This document shows positions 56,607 through 64,000 of a DNA stretch of 64,000 nt, one piece after another. The stretch comes from an uncultured delta proteobacterium. GTDB taxonomy: Bacteria; Desulfobacterota; Binatia; UBA9968. Below the pieces are notes generated by a model, which was not told the DNA's origin, did not search any database, and was given only the letters and a program-made list of their open reading frames with translations. The stretch spans positions 108,235-172,234 of the forward strand of contig CAWJBB010000087.1 in the NCBI GenBank assembly GCA_963840855.1. The letters run 5' to 3'. The translations under genes were made by a program, and so were the position numbers. Numbering within the stretch: the stretch's first letter is position 1; each line of letters opens with the position of its first letter.

Positions 56607-56769
56607 CCCTCGCCCAGGGGACTGTGTCACAATAGTCGAAATGGCCTATTTGTTCCCTATGTCATTTCGAGCGTAGCGAGAAATCTAGATCCCTCGCATT
56701 CGCTCGGGATGACAACCTGCTATCCCGGAGATTACGACACAGTCTCCCGAGGGAGAGCGCTGGTGAGGG
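56607..56769. repeat. Three nested inverted-repeat elements
   Basis: ccctcgcc/ggtgaggg outer; gactgtgtcacaat/attacgacacagtc middle; tgtcatttcgagcg..cgctcgggatgaca inner. Confidence 0.7.
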
Positions 56770-56913
56770 CCGTTATGCTAGACTGCGGCGAACGTCCCAT
56801 TCTATCTCAGGGGCAAAGGAAAGAGCGGAGAAATATGAATGAGAAAAAAAAGTGAGAGAGCAGAGGCAGAGAGCAAAGGGCATAGCACAGAAAGAAGACG
56901 CGGGAGAAAACTT

Positions 56914-57914
56914 ATGAGAAAGAACGTCATTCGTCTTACGCTTTGCGCTATGCTCCTTGCACTTTGCTTCTCTGCAGAAGCGCAGCAGCCGAAGAAAGTC
57001 CCTCGGATAGGGTACCTATCGCCGTTCGATCCAGCTACTGAGTCCACCCGTTCCGAGGCAATTCGGCTAGCTCTGCGCGAGCTTGGCTACATAGAAGGAC
57101 AGAACATCGCCATCGAGTACCGATATTCGGAGGGTAAGGCCGATCGGTTCCCTGAGCTTGCGGCCGAGCTGGTGCGTCTCAAGGTTGATATCATCGTGGT
57201 ATCGGGAGGGGACAGGCTGATCCTGGCGGCCAAGAATGCGACCAAGACGATTCCCATCGTTATGATGGGCGGTGGGCTCGATCCTGTCGAGGCAGGCCTA
57301 GTTGAAAGCCTTGCCCGTCCCGGCGGTAACGTCACCGGCCTTACAAACCTTACCAGAGAACTAGGCGGGAAGCGGCTGGAGCTGCTCAAAGAAGCCGTTC
57401 CCAAAGTTGCCCGTGTCGCGGTTCTCTACGATCCGACCGCTCCGGCGCAGTGTACTCGAGGTGAAAGAGGTTCTCCCAGTCGCGGCGCGTGCGCTGCGGT
57501 TAACTATTCAGCCTTGGGAGGTACGAGCTGCGGACGGTTTCGAGAAGGTATTCGCTGCGCTAAACAAGGAGCGCCCGGATGGACTCTACGTGGCTCGGGG
57601 CGTCCGCTGATGAATTGCTAACCAAAAACGGATTGTCGGCTTTGCGTTAAAGAGCCGATTACCGTCGATGTACCAGCAGGAGAGAATCTGTAGATGCCGG
57701 TGGGCTCATGTCCTACGGGGCGGACCTACGCGGACCGCTACCGGCGCGTCGCCATACTACGTGGACAAGATCCTGAAGGGAGCCAAGCCTGCCGATCTGC
57801 CGGTGGAGCAGCCGACGAAGTTCGAGCTGGTGATCAATCTCAAAGACCGCGAAGCAGATCGGCCTGACGATTCCGCCGAATGTGCTGGCGCGGGCGGATA
57901 AGGTGATTCGATGA
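56914..57914 (+). CDS. ABC_sub_bind-family substrate-binding protein (frameshifted)
   Basis: [48 protein letters not shown]. Confidence 0.85.
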
Positions 57915-58004
57915 GGCAAACTCGGTGAGGGGCGAACGTGTTAGAGGTTAGGTGAAAACTCGATTTTAGAATGGGCAAAGAAACCCAACTAAACGTGTTT
58001 CTCT

Positions 58005-58339
58005 TCATCGAGAGGGCAGTTCGAGAGCGTGAGCAAGGGCACGGTTGAGTTGGGCGAGTTTGAACGCCGATAAGGTGGACACAAAGTGAGTGAGCTTGCT
58101 CTTGAACATCAGTGTAAGAAAATCGCAGCGTATAGCGGAAGTGCGTGGCAATCCATCTTCTGGTCCGAGCACGACCTCCGTTGTGAGGCCGAGGACTTCT
58201 CCGTAAACGGGGGCACAGATCACGGTCGAGACATCTTCGTGCTCCGCGACAAAGGTTCGGGATACTACGACGTAAAAACCGGGCTTTGCGCCACGCTCGG
58301 CGACACGTTCGCGTGTGCGATAGATTTCCCGCGCCTCAC
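58005..58339 (-). CDS. PemK/MazF-family toxin
   Basis: MRRGEIY (one base missing), VVVS, TVICAPV, EVVLGPEDGLPRTSAIRCD. Confidence 0.8.
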
Positions 58340-58565
58340 GAGCGCGCTTGCTCCGTGATGAGCACGCGGACTTGGCGGGCGAGGCGTTTGCGGTGTTTGC
58401 GGAATACTTCGCCGTCCTTGGTCTCAGTTTCACGCCGTCGTTGGCGTTCGCATACTGGCGCAATGCCGTACGAACCAGCGCCGCGCGGCTTTGGCGTCGC
58501 GATGACGTTTCGGTCAGCTCATCCAAGAGCTTTGAAGTAGCTTCATCAATAGCAATCCTTTTCAT
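58336..58565 (-). CDS. RHH antitoxin (frameshifted)
   Basis: RIAIDE..LLDEL....SRAALVRTALRQY; GTGA overlap with the toxin. Confidence 0.7.
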
Positions 58566-58696
58566 ACGAAGGATTATATCAGCAGTTTTAGATTGCGCTC
58601 AAGGATCGGGCTCTGTCCCGCCGACTCGGGCGGATAAAGTGATCAGAAGTTAGCAAGCAGAGAGGCGTGAACAGCAAGAATGCGGGAGAAAATCTC

Positions 58697-59696
58697 ATGA
58701 GAAAGAATTTCATTGGTCTTGCGCTTAGCGCCATGCTCTTTGCGCTTTGCTTTCCGCTCGAGGCGCAGCAGCCGAAGAAAGTCCCGCGGATAGGGTATCT
58801 ATCGACATGCGATGCAGCTACTGAGTCCGCCCGTGCCGAGGGAATTCGGCTGGCTCTGCGCGAGCTTGGGTACGTAGAAGGACAGAACATCGCCATCGAG
58901 TACCGATATGCGGAGGGGAAGCTCGATCGGGACCCTGAGCTTGTGGCCGAGTTGGTGCGTCTCAAGGTCGATATCATCGTGGCAGCAGGAGGGCCCCCGA
59001 GGATCCAGGCGGCCAAGAATGCGACCAAGACGATTCCCATCGTTATGGTGGGCATTGGGATCGATCCTGTCGAGGCAGGCTTCAGTTGAAAGCCTTGCCC
59101 GTCCCGGCGGCAACGTCACCGGCATTACAAACCTTTCCAGAGAACTAGGCGGGAAGCGGTTGGAGCTGCTCAAAGAAGCGGTTCCCAAAGTTGCCCGTGT
59201 CGCGGTTCTCTACGATCAGGCCCATCCGGGCATTGCACGCGAGGTGAAAGAGGATCTCCCAGTCGCGGCGCGTGCGCTGGGGTTGACTATTCAGCCTTGG
59301 GAGATACGAGATGCGGACGGTTTCGAGAAGGTATTCGCTGCGATGAGCAAGGAGCGCCCGGATGGACTCTACGTGCCCGCCAGGGGCTCGCTAATGGCTG
59401 CTAACGAAAAACGGATCGCGGACTTTGCGTTAAAGAGCCGGTTACCGTCGGTGTACAGCTACAGAGCAGGCTGTAGAGGCCGGTGGGCTCATGTCCTACG
59501 GGGCGGACCTCGCGGACAGCTACCGGCGGGTCGCCATATTACGTGGACAGAGATCCTGAAGGGAGCCAAGCCTGCCGATCTTCCGGTGGAGCAGCCGACG
59601 AAGTTCGAGTTGGTGATCAATCTTAAGACGGCGAAGCAGATCGGTCTGACGATTCCGCAGTCGATGCTGTATCGGGCGGATAAAGTGATTAGGTGA
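58697..59696 (+). CDS. ABC_sub_bind-family substrate-binding protein, close paralog of 56914-57914
   Basis: Long near-identical DNA stretches; frameshifts near 59085 and later. Confidence 0.85.
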
Positions 59697-59994
59697 AAAA
59701 GGCAATAGGCAATGGAAAGGGCGGACCGACGCCTGCCCTGAGCCGAGTCGAAGGGTGTCCGACCGATTGGAGGGCCGACACGCAGATCGAGCCCCTACAT
59801 GCGTCCTGAAATCCAAAAGCGGCCCCGCAGACGAAAATCCAAAATTGGAGTGAGGTCGGATAAAGTAATTCGGTGAGGCGTAACCGGGTAGAGGCGATGA
59901 GGTTTTTGCTGACGGGAGTCCGTTTGGCAGCCGGGGCGAATTTTTATATACCGGAGATGCCTACGTTAAAGGATAAGATCGAAGGAGAGGCCTA

Positions 59995-60798
59995 ATGCAG
60001 GTCCCGGAATGGCGCAGGGTTATCGGCGAGATGGTGCGCGACCATATGCGCTCGCCTGAACTGGAGCATTATTTTTCCGTCAAGATGAACAAGCCGCGGG
60101 CGCAGCTCATGATTTCCCAGCTCGGGCTTTATATTCGCCACCGCCGGGATTGCTGGTCCCATGTATCGGGAAACTGTCCGATCATGGCGATCAAGCAAAA
60201 AATTCTCGAACATGAATTTGGCGAAGTCATCAAGGACCAGTATTCCCAGTACGGCCATCTCCAACTCATCGTAAAGCAGGCGCAAAAGGTCGGCATGACG
60301 CCGGAGGAATGCTTGAGCGTAAAACCCATTCCAACGACGACGGCGACGCTCTATGCCTGGGGCTGGATCACAAGGGAGAAAAGCTGGCTCGAAGGGCTTT
60401 CAGCGTTGACGGTGACCGAGTGGACCAACGACGATCGTCTGTTGAACGATCTCGGCGGCGGCCATTCCACGCGTATGGGCAAGCGCTGGATGGAGGATAT
60501 GGGGATGCAGTGGCGCGACATGCCGAACTTCGACGTGCACCGCCAGGCGGATGAAGAGCATAGCGACATGTTTCTGCCGTTTCTCGAAGAATACGCGACG
60601 GGAGAAAGAGAAAAGGCCGCGCTCGACGCCGTGAAAGAGTCCCTCGATCTTTTCGCGCTCTACCGCGAGGGAGTGGCGCGGGCGATGGAGAAGGTGCCGT
60701 TGAGTACTAGGGTCGTACTAGTCGAGGATGGAAGATCGAGTATGGAAGTTGGAGCAAAGACCGTGAGAGAAAACATTAGAATACTGAATGGAGGTTGA
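59995..60798 (+). CDS. Heme-oxygenase-like diiron enzyme (TenA/PqqC/CADD superfamily) 1
   Basis: EHEFGE..YGHL, TEW, HRQADEEH metal-ligand pattern; true stop may be nearer 60700. Confidence 0.75.
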   Translation: MQVPEWRRVIGEMVRDHMRSPELEHYFSVKMNKPRAQLMISQLGLYIRHRRDCWSHVSGNCPIMAIKQKILEHEFGEVIKDQYSQYGHLQLIVKQAQKVGMTPEECLSVKPIPTTTATLYAWGWITREKSWLEGLSALTVTEWTNDDRLLNDLGGGHSTRMGKRWMEDMGMQWRDMPNFDVHRQADEEHSDMFLPFLEEYATGEREKAALDAVKESLDLFALYREGVARAMEKVPLSTRVVLVEDGRSSMEVGAKTVRENIRILNGG

Positions 60799-60800
60799 AT

Positions 60801-61139
60801 ATGGAAAAGCCAAGAATCAGACATATCGCGCTTAACGTTGCCGACCGCGAAAAGAGCGCGGAGTATTACAAGAAAATTTTCGGCATGGAAGAAAAGTATC
60901 GCGGGCCGGGCGGCACGATCTATCTTTCCGACGGCCATTTCGATCTCGCGCTGATCAGCACCGATAAGTATCCCTGGGGCATCAACCACTTTGGTTTCAA
61001 GGTCGACAGCGTCAGTGAGATCGAGAAGATCGCCGACACCAAAGCTGAAGCCAACACCTTCGGCGCCGTTGCCGAAAGTTGGATCAAGGACAATGAAGGC
61101 AACCGCGTGGATGTTTCCGAACACGGTTGGCCGATCTAG
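60801..61139 (+). CDS. VOC family protein
   Basis: IRHIALNV.D, GINHFGFKVD, DNEGNRVDVS. Confidence 0.85.
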   Translation: MEKPRIRHIALNVADREKSAEYYKKIFGMEEKYRGPGGTIYLSDGHFDLALISTDKYPWGINHFGFKVDSVSEIEKIADTKAEANTFGAVAESWIKDNEGNRVDVSEHGWPI

Positions 61140-61140
61140 G

Positions 61141-61277
61141 CAGGCTGCCGAAAAGACTCATGGGGATCGCTTTGTTGCGCTCGATCGAGTTCGCGAAATC
61201 ATCGTACTGGTGCACGTGCTCGGCTCATCGAGAAAAACTTCGCGCGCCTCGCCTCTGAGATCTTTTTGGGCAGCCTG
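61141..61277. repeat. Small MITE-like element with terminal inverted repeats
   Basis: caggctgccgaaaagactc ... gagatctttttgggcagcctg. Confidence 0.6.
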
Positions 61278-61387
61278 CCAGAATGCGTGTTTCAAGATTC
61301 TGATACACTCAAATGCGCCAAGAGGTTAATTGCGAGTTCGGATCTTCGGGTGATTTTAACCCTCTTTGAAAAGAGGAGACGGAGAGA

Positions 61388-62372
61388 TTGCTCTGCTCGG
61401 CGCGCAAATACTTCGTGCGGCGGTTAGCTCGGGCGTGGGCTGTGCGCTTCTCTCACTACTCTTGCTCTGATTGCCCAAGCTTCGCTGGCGCAGACGCCGG
61501 CGAAGGTTGCCGTCGCCTATTCCGCCGTAAGCCCGATCTTTGCCGGAGTCTGGATGGCGAAGGAGACGGGAGCCTTCGAGAAGCAGGGCTTGAAAGCCGA
61601 TCTGGTTTACATCAGCTCCGGAAGCATCACGGTTCAGGCGATGGTGGGCGGCAATCTGGATATGTCCGTTGCCGCGAGCAATGCCGTCGTCAGCTCGATT
61701 CTCCGGGGCGCTCCATTGGTTGCCGTGGGCAGCATCACCAACCGGCCGGCCATGAGTTTGTTCGTTCAGCCAGAAATCACCCGGCCTGAACAGCTTCAGG
61801 GGAAAGTGCTTGCGATTACCCGCCATGGTTCCTCGACTCATTTTTTGACTCAATTCGTGCTGGAAAAATTCGGCCTCCAGGACAAAGTCAAAATTCAGCC
61901 GATGGGCGGCACCCGCGAAGTGGACGTGGCCGTGCGCACCGGCATGGTCGCCGGCGCGGTGAGAAGCATGAAACCCGGTCCAAAAACTCGCATGCTGGTG
62001 GACCTGCCGGATTTGGGAATTCCTTTTTCCATGGATCTTATCGCGGTGAAGAGGGATTTTTACAAAGCCTCACCGAAAACCGTCGAAGGGATGCTCAAAG
62101 CGTATGTCGAAGGCGTGGCGGCGCTTAGAACCAGAAAGGATTTGGCCTATAAGGTTTTGGCCAAATATTTGCTTGGGGCCGGCGATTCGCTGGACGAAGC
62201 CTACGAATATGCCGTCAAGTATCTCGACCGCCATGCGCGGGTGGAGCCCGCGGTCATTCAAACAGTGCTCAATTGGGAAGGGAAGGGCGAGCTTCCGGTG
62301 CACGATTTTTTCGACAACATGGTCATCGACCGGATCATCAAAGAGGGGTTCGTAGAAAAGTTATATAAGTGA
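61388..62372 (+). CDS. ABC substrate-binding protein, NMT1/THI5-like (5' frameshift)
   Basis: WMAKETGAFEKQGL, LQGKVLAITRHGSST; paralog of 54609-55580. Confidence 0.85.
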
Positions 62373-62472
62373 CGCCGCTGCTTTGTTTTGGCATCGGTGT
62401 TCATTCTAATTCGCGGCGTCATCCCGAACCAAGTGAGGGAACTCAACAAACACTGCCAAGCGGAAATTTATT

Positions 62473-63179
62473 ATGAAGCAACTGAGTGGCGGCGCGAGCT
62501 CGGCGAAGTTGTCCGCCAGGCGATGCGCTCGCCAGAGTTGGATCATTATTTTCGGGTCAAGATCACCAAGCCCGGCGCTCAGGTCTTGATCACCCAGTTG
62601 GGTCTCTTTATTCGCCACCGGCGCGATTGTTGGGCTTATGTTTCAGGGAACTGTCCGCATATGTCGGTAAAACAAAAGATCCTGCAGCATGAATACGGCG
62701 AGGTCATCAAAGACGAATACACGGAGCACGGACATTTGGAATTGATCGTGCGCCAGGGAAAGGCGTTGGGATTGACGCCCGATCAGGTTCTGAATGTCGA
62801 ACCCTTGCCCTCGACTATGGCCACTCTCTATGCGTGGGGTTGGATGACGCGAGAAAAAAGCTGGCTCGAAGGGATGACCTCTCTGACGGTCACCGAATGG
62901 GCCAACGACGACCGGTTGCTGCACGATGTCGGCGGCGGGCTGTCGAGCCGGATGGCCAAGCGTTGGATGGACGATCTTGGTTTTGGCTGGGAGCAAATGC
63001 CCAATTTCAAAGTTCATAGCCAAGCGGATGAAGAACATAGCGACATGTTTCTGGAAGACCTCGAGCGATTCGCCACCGGCGACAAAGAAGCGCTGGCTTA
63101 CCAAGCCGCCAGGGAATCCATGGAGCTGCTCAAAATGTTCCGTTTTGGAATCGCCAACGAAATGGAAAAGTTCGCGTAA
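62473..63179 (+). CDS. Heme-oxygenase-like diiron enzyme 2
   Basis: RHRRDCW.YVSGNCP, QHEYGE..EHGHL, TEW, HSQADEEH. Confidence 0.75.
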
Positions 63180-63300
63180 ATGAAGTTGGAATGTAATATT
63201 GGCTTGATCGTTTAAAAACCGGGTATTCCATTATTCAACTAGTCAATGTCAAGCCTTGGTCTGGTGAGCCTCGACCCGAAGAACCTGAAGAGGAATTCCA

Positions 63301-64000
63301 ATGAATGCTAGAGAGTTGGTCTGCGGCTTTCGGCGAACTCGCCCGGCAAACGATGTTATCGCCGGAGCTAGAGCGCTATTTTTCCATTCCTATCACCCGG
63401 GCGCGAGCGCAACTGATTCTCTCGCAGCTTTCGCTCTACGTCCGGCACCGCAGAGACTGCTGGGCCTATGTGTCGGGCAATTGCCCGCTGTTGCCAGTGA
63501 AGCAAAAAATTCTCGCCCATGAGTACGAAGAGGTGATCCGCGACCAGCACTCCGAGCATGGACATCTCGATTTGATTATTCGCCAGGGTAAAGCCATAGG
63601 TTTGAGCGCCGACGATATCCTGGATGCCAAGCCGATCCCGAGTACCACGGCCACGCTGTATGCGTGGGGTTGGATCTGCAAGAAGCAAAACTGGCTCGCC
63701 GGACTCTCGGCCATGAGCATGACCGAATGGAACCAGGACGACAGGCTCCTCGCCGATATCGGTGGCGGCCACGCCTTTCGGATGGGGCAGCGCTGGGTCG
63801 ATCAGTTGGGCATCACCTGGGACGACTTGCCCAATTGGCGTGCCCATCGCGAAGCTGACAAGGGACATGTGGATATGTTTCTGCCGGTCTGGGAGGAATA
63901 CGGCAAGGAAGAAAACCAAACGCTCATTCTCCAGGCGGCGAAGGAGTCGGAAGAACTCTACCGCATGTATCAGGCCGGACTGGCCGATGCGATGGAGAAG
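63301..64000 (+). CDS. Heme-oxygenase-like diiron enzyme 3 (frameshifted, runs off the window)
   Basis: RHRRDCWAYVSGNCP, AHEYEE..EHGHL, TEW, HREADKGH. Confidence 0.75.

Noticed and set aside
58005-58565. Single fused antitoxin-toxin ORF shown in the ORF track
   Set aside because: Better explained as two genes with a GTGA overlap joined by compensating single-base errors

Overview
GC-rich bacterial chromosome segment. Many paralogous NMT1/THI5-type and TctC-type substrate-binding proteins, Rieske oxygenases and short intergenic palindromes suggest a Candidatus Binatia-like organism (inference). Frequent single-base frameshifts, worst at about 11.6-13.2 kb and 18.5-19.7 kb, most likely reflect long-read consensus error, so many genes were rebuilt across frames and their coordinates are approximate. 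About 4-46 kb is an accessory/defence hotspot. It holds two vapBC pairs; a candidate new system (three ParB/Srx-fold paralogs, a PD-(D/E)xK nuclease and a SNF2 ATPase, convergent with a B12-type radical SAM gene coupled to a GHKL ATPase) bracketed by direct repeats encoding a mini-antitoxin; a type I R-M locus with an AAA-ATPase/S8-protease (IetAS-like) pair between hsdS and hsdR; a second IetAS-like pair; two IS110-family elements; and many 3'-only gene remnants. The right part is mainly metabolic: lpxD, a Mo-hydroxylase large subunit, a ComDE-like decarboxylase, a dienelactone hydrolase and three heme-oxygenase-like diiron enzymes. No rRNA, tRNA or CRISPR array was seen.
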